Shown: positions 24,101-36,100 of the stretch, piece after piece
Layout of the letters: each line of letters begins with the position of its first letter
Position numbering within the stretch: position 1 is the first letter of the stretch
Assembly: GCA_002269645.1 (NCBI GenBank)
Contig: NIVC01000201.1
Coordinates: 434,001 to 498,000, forward strand
DNA: 64,000 bases
Direction of reading: 5' to 3'
DNA from: Macrostomum lignano
Lineage: Eukaryota
Translations under genes and position numbers: made by a program
Notes under the pieces: model-generated
What the model saw: the letters and a program-made list of their open reading frames with translations, nothing else
Database searches by the model: none
Told to the model about the DNA's origin: nothing

Positions 24101-27100
24101 GCTCTTTGGCTTCGGGCTTCAGCTGCTCTTGTCGCTCTCTGACGGGCGCGACTCGGCGGCCTCCGCCTCTGTTGGAGCCACCTCATCCTTAACTTCAGTC
24201 CTTTCGGCAGCCTCTACAGGCTTCAGAGCTTCTCGGCTCTCCTGATCTGCTTTGCAGCTCAAGCTCTTTGGCTTCGGGCTTTAGCTGCTCTTGTTGCTTT
24301 TCCGACGGACGCGACTCGCGGCTTGCGCGTCTGTTGGAGCCACCTCGTCCCTGACCTCAGTCTTCTCGGCAGCCTCTTCAGCCTTCGGAGCTTCTCGACT
24401 CTCCGATCTGCACGCAGCTCGAGCTCTTTGGCTTCGGGCTTCAGCTGCTCTTCTCGCTCTTCTGACGGGCGCGACTCGGCTGCCTCCGCTCTGTTGGAGC
24501 CACCACGTTTTTATTCAGCCTGCTTAGCAGCCCCTTCTGGCTTCGATACTGCACCGCTTTCCTGGTCTGCGCGCAGCTCGAGCTCTTTGGCTTCGGGCTT
24601 CAGCTGCTCTTGTCGCTCTTCTGACGGACGCGACTCGGCGGCTTGCGCGTCTGTTGGAGCCACCTCATCCTTGACCTCAGTCTTTTCGGCAGCCTCTTCA
24701 GGCTTCAGAGCTTCTCGACTCTCCCGATCTGCACGCAGCTCGAGCTCTTTGGCTTCGGGCTTCAGCTGCTCTTGTTGCTTTTCCGACGGACGCGACTCGG
24801 CGGCTTGCGCGTCTGTTGGAGCCACCTCGTCCCTGACCTCAGTCTTCTCGGCAGCCTCTTCAGGCTTCGGAGCTTCTCGACTCTCCCGATCTGCACGCAG
24901 CTCGAGCTCTTTGGCTTCGGGCTTCAGCTGCTCTTGTCGCTCTTCTGACGGGCGCGACTCGGCTGCCTCCGCCTCTGTTGGAGCCACCACGTTCTTTACT
25001 TCAGCCTGCTTAGCAGCCCCTTCTGGCTTCGATATTGCACCGCTTTCCTGTCTGCGCGCAGCTCGAGCTCTTTGGCTTCGGGCTTCAGCTGCTTTGTCGC
25101 TCTTCTGACGGACGCGACTCGGCGGCTTGCGCGTCTGTTGAGCCACCTCATCCTTGACCTCAGTCTTTTCGGCAGCCTCTTCAGGCTTCTGAGCTTCTCG
25201 ACTCTCCCGATCTGCACGCAGCTCGAGCTCTTTGGCTTCGGGCTTCAGCTGCTCTTGTTGCTTTTCGACGGGACGCGACTCGGCGGCTTGCGCGTCTGTT
25301 GGAGCCACCTCGTCCCTGACCTCAGCCTGCTTAACAGCCTCTTCTGGCTTCAGTACTGCACCGCTTTCCTGGTCTGCTCGCAGCTCGAGCTCTTTGGCTT
25401 CGGGCTTCAGCTGCTCTTGTTGCTCTTCTGACGGATGCGACCCGGCGGCCTCCGCCTCTGTTGGAGCCACATCATCCTTGACCTCAGCCTGCTTAACAGC
25501 CTCTTCTGGCTTCAGTACTGCACGCTTTCCTGCGTCTGCTCGCAGCTCGCAGCTCTTTGGCTTCGGGCTTCAGCTGCTCTTGTCGCTCTTCTGACGGGCG
25601 CGGACTCGGCGGCCTCCGCCTCTGTTGGCCACCTCATCCTTAACTTCAGTCCTTTCGGCAGCCTCTACAGGCTTCAGAGCTTCTCGGCTCTCCTGATCTG
25701 CTTGCAGCTCAAGCTCTTTGGCTTCGGGCTTTAGCTGCTCTTGTTGCTTTTCCGACGGACGCGACTCGGCGGCTGCGCGTCTGTTGGAGCCACCTCGTCC
25801 CTGACCTCAGTCTTCTCGGCAGCCTCTTCAGGCTTCGGAGCTTCTCGACTCTCCCGATCTGCACGCAGCTCGAGCTCTTTGGCTTCGGGCTTCAGCTGCT
25901 CTTGTCGCTCTTCTGACGGGCGCGACTCGGCTGCTCCGCCTCTGTTGGAGCCACCACGTTCTTTACTTCAGCCTGCTTAGCAGCCCCTTCTGGCTTCGAT
26001 ACTGCACCGCTTTCCTGGTCTGCGCGCAGCTCGAGCTTTTTGGCTTCGGGCTTCAGCTGCTCTTGTCGCTCTTCTGACGGACGCGACTCGGCGGCTTGCG
26101 CGTCTGTTGGAGCCACCTCATCCTTGACCTCAGTCTTTCCGGCAGCCTCTTCAGGCTTCAGAGCTTCTCGACTCTCCCGATCTGCACGCAGCTCGAGCTC
26201 TTTGGCTTCGGGCTTCAGTTGCTCTTGTCGCTCTTCTGACGGACGCGACTCGGCGGCTTGCGCGTCTGTTGGAGCCACCTCATCCTTGACCTCAGTCTTC
26301 GGCAGCCTCTTCAGGCTTCAGAGCTTCTCGACTCTCCCGATCTGCACGCAGCTCGAGCTCTTTGGCTTCGGGCTTCAGCTGCTCTTGTTGCTCTTCTGAC
26401 GGATGCGACCCGGCGGCCTCCGCCTCTGTTGGAGCCACATCATCCTTGACCTCAGCCTGCTTAGCAGCCTCTTCTGGCTTCAGTACTGCACCGCTTTCCT
26501 GGTCTGCTCGCAGCTCGAGCTCTTTGGCTTCGGGCTTCAGCTGCTCTTGTCGCTCTTCTGACGGGCGCGACTCGGCGGCCTCCGCCTCTGTTGAGCACCT
26601 CATCCTTAACTTCAGTCCTTTCGGCAGCCTCTACAGGCTTCAGAGCTTCTCGGCTCTCCTGATCTGCTTGCAGCTCAAGCTCTTTGGCTTCGGGCTTTAG
26701 CTGCTCTTGTTGCTTTCCGACGGACGCGACTCGGCGGCTTGCGCGTCTGTTGGAGCCACCTCGTCCTGACCTCAGTCTTCTCGGCAGCCTCTTCAGGCTT
26801 CGGAGCTTCTCGACTCTCCCGATCTGCACGCAGCTCGAGCTCTTTGGCTTCGGGCTTCAGCTGCTCTTGTCGCTCTTCTGACGGCGCGACTCGCTGCCTC
26901 CGCCTCTGTTGGAGCCACCACGTTCTTTACTTCAGCCTGCTTAGCAGCCCTTCTGGCTTCGATACTGCACCGCTTTCCTGGTCTGCGCGCAGCTCGAGCT
27001 TTTTGGCTTCGGCTTCAGCTGCTCTTGTCGCTCTTCTGACGGACGCGACTCGGCGGCTTGCGCGTCTGTTGGAGCCACCTCATCCTTGACCTCAGTCTTT

Positions 27101-30100
27101 CCGGCAGCCTCTTCAGGCTTCAGAGCTTCTCGACTCTCCCGATCTGCACGCAGCTCGAGCTCTTTGGCTTCGGGCTTCAGTTGCTCTTGTCGCTCTTCTG
27201 ACGGGCGCGACTCGGCGGCCTCCGCCTCTGTTGGAGCCACATCATCCTTGACCTCAGCCTGCTTAGCAGCCTCTTCTGGCTTCAGTACTGCACCGCTTTC
27301 CTGGTCTGCGCGCAGCTCGAGCTCTTTGGCTTCGGGCTTCAGCTGCTCATGTCGCTCTTCTGACGGGCGCGACTCGGCGGCCTCCGCCTCTGTTGGAGCC
27401 ACCTCATCCTTGACCTCAGCCTGCTTAGCAGCCTCTTCTGGCTTCGGTACTGCACCGCTTTCCTGGTCTGCGCGCAGCTCGAGCTTTTTGTCTTCGGGCT
27501 TCAGCTGCTCTTGTTGCTCCTCTGACAGATGTGATTCGGCGGCCGGTTCCTGTTTTGCAGTTAATCCCTCAGTCTTTGTGTTCTCTGGTACTGGGTGACT
27601 TGGTTCCTGCAATTGTACAGCCAATACGCGGGTTTCAGATTCGACAACCACTGTCGTTTCCGAACCCTGAGGGCCTGCGCTGAGTTTCTCTTTACTCTCA
27701 GTGGCGGTATCGGTTGTGACCTTCGACGGCACGGATGTCGTATCAGCATCTTCACTAAGCCTATGCTCTGCATTGTCAATTTTAGGCTGTTCCCGATCGA
27801 CTAATTCCGTTGGCTTTGAGGATTCAAAGCCTAATGCCTCAGAAGGCTGAGCAGCCTCTTCTAGCTTTGGCGCTGCAGCGATTTTCTGGTCCGCGCGCAG
27901 CTCAAGCTCTTTGGCTTCGGGCTTCAGCTGCTCTTGTCGCTCTTCTGACGGACGCGACTCGGCGGCTTGCGCGTCTGTTGGAGCCACCTCGTCCCTGACC
28001 TCAGTCTTTTCGGCAGCCTCTTCAGGCTTCAGAGCTTCTTGACTCTCCCGATCTGCACGCAGCTCGAGCTCTTTGGCTTCGGGCTTCAGCTGCTCTTGTT
28101 GCTCTTCTGACGGATGCGACCCGGCGGCCTCCGCCTTTGTTGGAGCCACCTCGTCCTTTACTTCAGCCTGCTTAGCAGCCTCTTCTGGCTTCAGTACTGC
28201 ACCGCTTTCCTGGTCTGCGCGCAGCTCGAGCTCTTTGGCTTCGGGCTTCAGCTGCTCTTGTCGCTCTTCTGACGGACGCGACTCGGCGGCTTGCGCGTCT
28301 GTTGGAGCCACCTCGTCCCTGACCTCAGCCTGCTTAACAGCCTCTTCAGGCTTTGGTGCTTCTCGGCTCTCCTGATCTGCTTGCAGCTCGAGCTCTTTGG
28401 CTTCGGGCTTCAGCTGCTCTTGTTGCTCTTCTGACGGATGCGACCCGGCGGCCTCCGCCTCTGTTGGAGCCACATCATCCTTGACCTCAGCCTGCTTAGC
28501 AGCCTCTTCTGGCTTCGGTACTGCACCGCTTTCCTGGTCTGCGCGCAGCTTGAGCTCTTTGGCTTCGGGCTTCAGCTGCTCTTTTTGCTCCTCTGACAGA
28601 CGTGATTCGGCGGCCGGTTCCTGTTTTGCAGTTAATCTCTCAGTCTTTGTGTTCTCTGGTACTGGTTGATTTGGTTCCTGCAATTGTACAGCCAATACGC
28701 GGGTTTCAGATTCGACAACCACTGTCGTTTCCGAACCCTGAGGGCCTGCGCTGAGTTTCTCTTTACTCTCAGTGGCGGTATCGATTGTGACCTTCGACGG
28801 CACGGATGTCGTATCAGCATCCTCACTAAGCCTATGCTCTGCATTGTCAATTTTAGGCTGTTCCCGATCGACTAATTCCGTTGGCTTTGAGGATTCAAAG
28901 CCTAATGCCTCAGAAGGCTGAGCAGCCTCTTCTAGCTTTGGCGCTGCAGCGATTTTCTGGTCCGCGCGCAGCTCAAGCTCTTTGGCCTCGGGCTTCAGCT
29001 GCTCTTGTCGCTCTTCTGACGGACGCGACTCGGCGGCTTGCGCGTCTGTTGGAGCCACCTCGTCCCTGACCTCAGTCTTTTCGGCAGCCTCTTCAGGCTT
29101 CGGAGCTTCTCGACTCTCCTGATCTGCTTGCAGCTCAAGCTCTTTGGCTTCGGGCTTTAGCTGCTCTTGTTGCTTTTCCGACGGACGCGACTCGGCGGCT
29201 TGCGCGTCTGTTGGAGCCACCTCGTCCCTGACCTCAGCCTGCTTAACAGCCTCTTCAGGCTTTGGTGCTTCTCGACTCTCCCGATCTGCACGCAGCTCGA
29301 GCTCTTTGGCTTCGGGCTTCAGCTGCTCTTGTCGCTCTGCTGACGGGCGCGACTCGGCGGCCTCCGCCTCTGTCGGAGCCACCTCGTACTTTACTTCAGC
29401 CTGCTTAGCAGCCCTTCTGGCTTCGATACTGCACCGCTTTCCTGGTCTGCGCGCAGCTCGAGCTCTTTGGCTTCGGGCTTCAGCTGCTCTTGTCGCTCTT
29501 CTGACGGACGCGACTCGGCGGCTTGCGCGTCTGTTGGAGCCACCTCATCCTTGACCTCAGTCTTTTCGGCAGCCTCTTCAGGCTTCAGAGCTTCTCGACA
29601 CTCCCGATCTGCACGCAGCTCGAGCTCTTTGTCTTCAGGCTTCAGCTGCTCTTGTCGCTCTTCTGACGGAAGCGACTCGGCGGCTTGCGCGTCTGTTGGA
29701 GCCACCTCATCCTTGACCTCAGCCTGCTTAGCAGCCTCTTCTGGCTTCGGTACTGCACCGCTTTCCTGGTCTGCGCGCAGCTCGAGCTTTTTGTCTTCAG
29801 GCTTCAGCTGCTCTTGTTGCTCCTCTGACAGACGTGATTCGGCGGCCGGTTCCTGTTTTGCAGTTAATCCCTCAGTCTTTGTGTTCTCTGGTACTGGGTG
29901 ACTTGGTTCCTGCAATTGTACAGCCAATACGCGGGTTTCAGATTCGACAACCACTGTCGTTTCCGAACCCTGAGGGCCTGCGCTGAGTTTCTCTTTACTC
30001 TCAGTGGCGGTATCGGTTGTGACCTTCGACGGCACGGATGTCGTATCAGCATCCTCACTAAGCCTATGCTCTGCATTGTCAATTTTAGGCTGTTCCCGAT

Positions 30101-33100
30101 CGACTAATTCCGTTGGCTTTGAGGATTCAAAGCCTAATGCCTCAGAAGGCTGAGCAGCCTCTTCTAGCTTTGGCGCTGCAGCGATTTTCTGGTCCGCGCG
30201 CAGCTCAAGCTCTTTGGCCTCGGGCTTCAGCTGCTCTTGTCGCTCTTCTGACGGACGCGACTCGGCGGCTTGCGCGTCTGTTGGAGCCACCTCGTCCCTG
30301 ACCTCAGTCTTTTCGGCAGCCTCTTCAGGCTTCGGAGCTTCTCGACTCTCCTGATCTGGTTGCAGCTCAAGCTCTTTGGCTTCGGGCTTTAGCTGCTCTT
30401 GTTGCTTTTCCGACGGACGCGACTCGGCGGCTTGCGCGTCTGTTGGAGCCACCTCGTCCCTGACCTCAGCCTGCTTAACAGCCTCTTCAGGCTTTGGTGC
30501 TTCTCGACTCTCCCGATCTGCACGCAGCTCGAGCTCTTTGGCTTCGGGCTTCAGCTGCTCTTGTCGCTCTGCTGACGGGCGCGACTCGGCGGCCTCCGCC
30601 TCTGTCGGAGCCACCTCGTACTTTACTTCAGCCTGCTTAGCAGCCCCTTCTGGCTTCGATACTGCACCGCTTTCCTGGTCTGCGCGCAGCTCGAGCTCTT
30701 TGGCTTCGGGCTTCAGCTGCTCTTGTCGCTCTTCTGACGGACGCGACTCGGCGGCTTGCGCGTCTGTTGGAGCCACCTCATCCTTGACCTCAGTCTTTTC
30801 GGCAGCCTCTTCAGGCTTCAGAGCTTCTCGACACTCCCGATCTGCACGCAGCTCGAGCTCTTTGTCTTCAGGCTTCAGCTGCTCTTGTCGCTCTTCTGAC
30901 GGAAGCGACTCGGCGGCTTGCGCGTCTGTTGGAGCCACCTCGTCCCTGACCTCAGCCTGCTTAACAGCCTCTTCAGGCTTTGGTGCTTCTCGGCTCTCCT
31001 GATCTGCTTGCAGCTCGAGCTCTTTGGCTTCGGGCTTCAGCTGCTCTTGTCGCTCTTCTGACGGATGCGACCCGGCGGCCTCCGCCTCTGTTGGAGCCAC
31101 ATCATCCTTGACCTCAGCCTGCTTAGCAGCCCCTTCTGGCTTCAGTACTGCACCGCTTTCCTGGTCTGCGCACAGCTCGAGCTCTTTGGCTTCGGGCTTC
31201 AGCTGCTCTTGTCGCTCTTCTGACGGGCGCAACTCGGCGGCTTGCGCGTCTGTTGGAGCCACCTCATCCTTGTCCTCAGTCCTTTCGGCAGCCTCTTCAG
31301 GCTTCAGAGCTTCTCGACTCTCCCGATCTGCACGCAGCTCGAGCTCTTTGGCTTCAGGCTTCAGCTGCTCTTGTCGCTCTTCTGATGGGCGCGACTCGGC
31401 GGCCTCCGCCTCTGTTGGAGCCACCTCGTCCTTTACTTCAGCCTGCTTAGCAGCCCCTTCTGGCTTCGATACTGCACCGCTTTCCTGGTCTGCGCGCAGC
31501 TCAAGCTCTTTGGCTTCGGGCTTCAGCTGCTCTTGTCGCTCTTCTGACGGGCGTGACTCGGCGGCCTCCGCCTCTGTTGGAGCCACCTCATCCTTGACCT
31601 CAGCCTGCTTAGCAGCCCCTTCTGGCTTCGATACTGCACCGCTTTCCTGGTCTGCTCGCAGCTCGAGCTCTTTGGCTTCGGGCTTCAGCTGCTCTTGTCG
31701 CTCTTCTGACGGACGCGACTCGGCGGCTTGCGCGTCTGTTGGAGCCATCTCGTCCCTGACCTCAGCCTGCTTAACAGCCTCTTCAGGCTTTGGTGCTTCT
31801 CGGCTCTCCTGATCTGCTTGCAGCTCGAGCTCTTTGGCTTCGGGCTTCAGCTGCTCTTGTTGCTCTTCTGACGGATGCGACCCGGCGGCCTCCGCCTCTG
31901 TTGGAGCCACATCATCCTTGACCTCAGCCTGCTTAGCAGCCTCTTCTGGCTTCAGTACTGCACCGCTTTCCTGGTCTGCGCGCAGCTCGAGCTCTTTGGC
32001 TTCGGGCTTCAGTTGCTCTTGTCGCTCTGCTGACGGGCGCGACTCGGCGGCCTCCGCCTCTGTCGGAGCCACCTCGTACTTTACTTCAGCCTGCTTAGCA
32101 GCCCCTTCTGGCTTCGATACTGCACCGCTTTCCTGGTCTGCGCGCAGCTCGAGCTCTTTGGCTTCGGGCTTCAGCTGCTCTTGTCGCTCTTCTGACGGAC
32201 GCGACTCGGCGGCTTGCGCGTCTGTTGGAGCCACCTCATCCTTGACCTCAGTCTTTTCGGCAGCCTCTTCAGGCTTCAGAGCTTCTCGACACTCCCGATC
32301 TGCACGCAGCTCGAGCTCTTTGTCTTCAGGCTTCAGCTGCTCTTGTCGCTCTTCTGACGGACGTGACTCGGCGGCTTGCGCGTCTGTTGGAGCCACCTCG
32401 TCCCTGACCTCAGCCTGCTTAACAGCCTCTTCAGGCTTTGGTGCTTCTCGGCTCTCCTGATCTGCTTGCAGCTCGAGCTCTTTGGCTTCGGGCTTCAGCT
32501 GCTCTTGTCGCTCTTCTGACGGATGCGACCCGGCGGCCTCCGCCTCTGTTGGAGCCACATCATCCTTGACCTCAGCCTGCTTAGCAGCCTCTTCTGGCTT
32601 CAGTACTGCACCGCTTTCCTGGTCTGCGCGCAGCTCAAGCTCTTTGGCTTCGGGCTTCAGCTGCTCTTGTCGCTCTTTTGACGGGCGTGACTCGGCGGCT
32701 TGCGCGTCTGTTGGAGCCACCTCGTCCCTGACCTCAGCCTGCTTAACAGCCTCTTCAGGCTTTGGTGCTTCTCGGCTCTCCTGATCTGCTTGCAGCTCGA
32801 GCTCTTTGGCTTCGGGCTTCAGCTGCTCTTGTCGCTCTTCTGACGGATGCGACCCGGCGGCCTCCGCCTCTGTTGGAGCCACATCATCCTTGACCTCAGC
32901 CTGCTTAGCAGCCTCTTCTGGCTTCAGTACTGCACCGCTTTCCTGGTCTGCGCGCAGCTCGAGCTCTTTGGCTTCGGGCTTTAGCTGCTCTTGTCGCTCT
33001 TCTGACGGACGCGACTCGGCGGCTTGCGCGTCTGTTGGAGCCACCTCATCCTTAACTTCAGTCCTTTCGGAAGCCTCTTCAGGCTTCAGAGCTTCTCGAC

Positions 33101-36100
33101 TCTCCCGATCTGCACGCAGCTCGAGCTCTTTGGCCTCGGGCTTCAGCTGCTCTTGTCGCTCTTCTGACGGACGCGACTCGGCGGCTTGCGCGTCTGTTGG
33201 AGCCACCTCGTCCCTGACCTCAGTCTTTTCGGCAGCCTCTTCAGGCTTCGGAGCTTCTCGACTCTCCTGATCTGCTTGCAGCTCAAGCTCTTTGGCTTCG
33301 GGCTTTAGCTGCTCTTGTTGCTTTTCCGACGGACGCGACTCGGCGGCTTGCGCGTCTGTTGGAGCCACCTCGTCCCTGACCTCAGCCTGCTTAACAGCCT
33401 CTTCAGGCTTTGGTGCTTCTCGACTCTCCCGATCTGCACGCAGCTCGAGCTCTTTGGCTTCGGGCTTCAGCTGCTCTTGTCGCTCTGCTGACGGGCGCGA
33501 CTCGGCGGCCTCCGCCTCTGTCGGAGCCACCTCGTACTTTACTTCAGCCTGCTTAGCAGCCCCTTCTGGCTTCGATACTGCACCGCTTTCCTGGTCTGCG
33601 CGCAGCTCGAGCTCTTTGGCTTCGGGCTTCAGCTGCTCTTGTCGCTCTTCTGACGGACGCGACTCGGCGGCTTGCGCGTCTGTTGGAGCCACCTCATCCT
33701 TGACCTCAGTCTTTTCGGCAGCCTCTTCAGGCTTCAGAGCTTCTCGACACTCCCGATCTGCACGCAGCTCGAGCTCTTTGTCTTCAGGCTTCAGCTGCTC
33801 TTGTCGCTCTTCTGACGGAAGCGACTCGGCGGCTTGCGCGTCTGTTGGAGCCACCTCGTCCCTGACCTCAGCCTGCTTAACAGCCTCTTCAGGCTTTGGT
33901 GCTTCTCGGCTCTCCTGATCTGCTTGCAGCTCGAGCTCTTTGGCTTCGGGCTTCAGCTGCTCTTGTCGCTCTTCTGACGGATGCGACCCGGCGGCCTCCG
34001 CCTCTGTTGGAGCCACATCATCCTTGACCTCAGCCTGCTTAGCAGCCTCTTCTGGCTTCAGTACTGCACCGCTTTCCTGGTCTGCGCGCAGCTCGAGCTC
34101 TTTGGCTTCGGGCTTCAGCTGCTCTTGTCGCTCTTCTGACGGGCGTGACTCGGCGGCCTCCGCCTCTGTTGGAGCCACCTCATCCTTGACCTCAGCCTGC
34201 TTAGCAGCCCCTTCTGGCTTCGATACTGCACCGCTTTCCTGGTCTGCTCGCAGCTCGAGCTCTTTGGCTTCGGGCTTCAGCTGCTCTTGTCGCTCTTCTG
34301 ACGGACGCGACTCGGCGGCTTGCGCGTCTGTTGGAGCCATCTCGTCCCTGACCTCAGCCTGCTTAACAGCCTCTTCAGGCTTTGGTGCTTCTCGGCTCTC
34401 CTGATCTGCTTGCAGCTCGAGCTCTTTGGCTTCGGGCTTCAGCTGCTCTTGTTGCTCTTCTGACGGATGCGACCCGGCGGCCTCCGCCTCTGTTGGAGCC
34501 ACATCATCCTTGACCTCAGCCTGCTTAGCAGCCTCTTCTGGCTTCAGTACTGCACCGCTTTCCTGGTCTGCGCGCAGCTCAAGCTCTTTGGCTTCGGGCT
34601 TCAGCTGCTCTTGTCGCTCTTCTGACGGACGCGACTCGGCGGCTTGCGCGTCTGTTGGAGCCACCTCATCCTTGTCCTCAGTCCTTTCGGCAGCCTCTTC
34701 AGGCTTCAGAGCTTCTCGACTCTCCCGATCTGCACGCAGCTCGAGCTCTTTGGCTTCAGGCTTCAGCTGCTCTTGTCGCTCTTCTGACGGACGCGACTCG
34801 GCGGCTTGCGCGTCTGTTGGAGCCACCTCGTCCCTGACCGCAGCCTGCTTAACAGCCTCTTCAGGCTTTGGTGCTTCTCGGCTCTCCTGATCTGCTTGCA
34901 GCTCGAGCTCTTTGGCTTCGGGCTTCAGCTGCTCTTGTTGCTCTTCTGACGGATGCGACCCGGCGGCCTCCGCCTCTGTTGGAGCCACATCATCCTTGAC
35001 CTCAGCCTGCTTAGCAGCCTCTTCTGGCTTCGGTACTGCACCGCTTTCCTGGTCTGCGCGCAGCTTGAGCTCTTTGGCTTCGGGCTTCAGCTGCTCTTTT
35101 TGCTCCTCTGACAGACGTGATTCGGCGGCCGGTTCCTGTTTTGCAGTTAATCTCTCAGTCTTTGTGTTCTCTGGTACTGGTTGATTTGGTTCCTGCAATT
35201 GTACAGCCAATACGCGGGTTTCAGATTCGACAACCACTGTCGTTTCCGAACCCTGAGGGCCTGCGCTGAGTTTCTCTTTACTCTCAGTGGCGGTATCGAT
35301 TGTGACCTTCGACGGCACGGATGTCGTATCAGCATCCTCACTAAGCCTATGCTCTGCATTTTCAATTTTAGGCTGTTCCCAATCGACTAATTCCGTTGGC
35401 TTTGAGGATTCAAAGCCTAATGCCTCAGAAGGCTGAGCAGCCTCTTCTAGCTTTGGCGCTGCAGCGATTTTCTGGTCCGCGCGCAGCTCAAGCTCTTTGG
35501 TTTCGCGCTTCAGCTCCTCTTGTCGCTCTTCTGACGGACGCGACTCGGCGGCCTCCGCCTCTGTTGGAGCCACATCATCCTTGACCTCAGCCTGCTTAGC
35601 AGCCTCTTCTGGCTTCAGTACTGCACCGCTTTCCTGGTCTGCGCGCAGCTCGAGCTCTTTGGCTTCGGGCTTCAGCTGCTCTTGTCGCTCTTCTGACGGG
35701 CGCAACTCGGCGGCTTGCGCGTCTGTTGGAGCCACCTCATCCTTGTCCTCAGTCCTTTCGGCAGCCTCTTCAGGCTTCAGAGCTTCTCGACTCTCCCGAT
35801 CTGCACGCAGCTCGAGCTCTTTGGCTTCAGGCTTCAGCTGCTCTTGTCGCTCTTCTGATGGGCGCGACTCGGCGGCCTCCGCCTCTGTTGGAGCCACCTC
35901 GTCCTTTACTTCAGCCTGCTTAGCAGCCCCTTCTGGCTTCGATACTGCACCGCTTTCCTGGTCTGCGCGCAGCTCGAGCTCTTTGGCTTCGGGCTTCAGC
36001 TGCTCTTGTCGCTCTTCTGACGGGCGTGACTCGGCGGCCTCCGCCTCTGTTGGAGCCACCTCATCCTTGACCTCAGCCTGCTTAGCAGCCCCTTCTGGCT

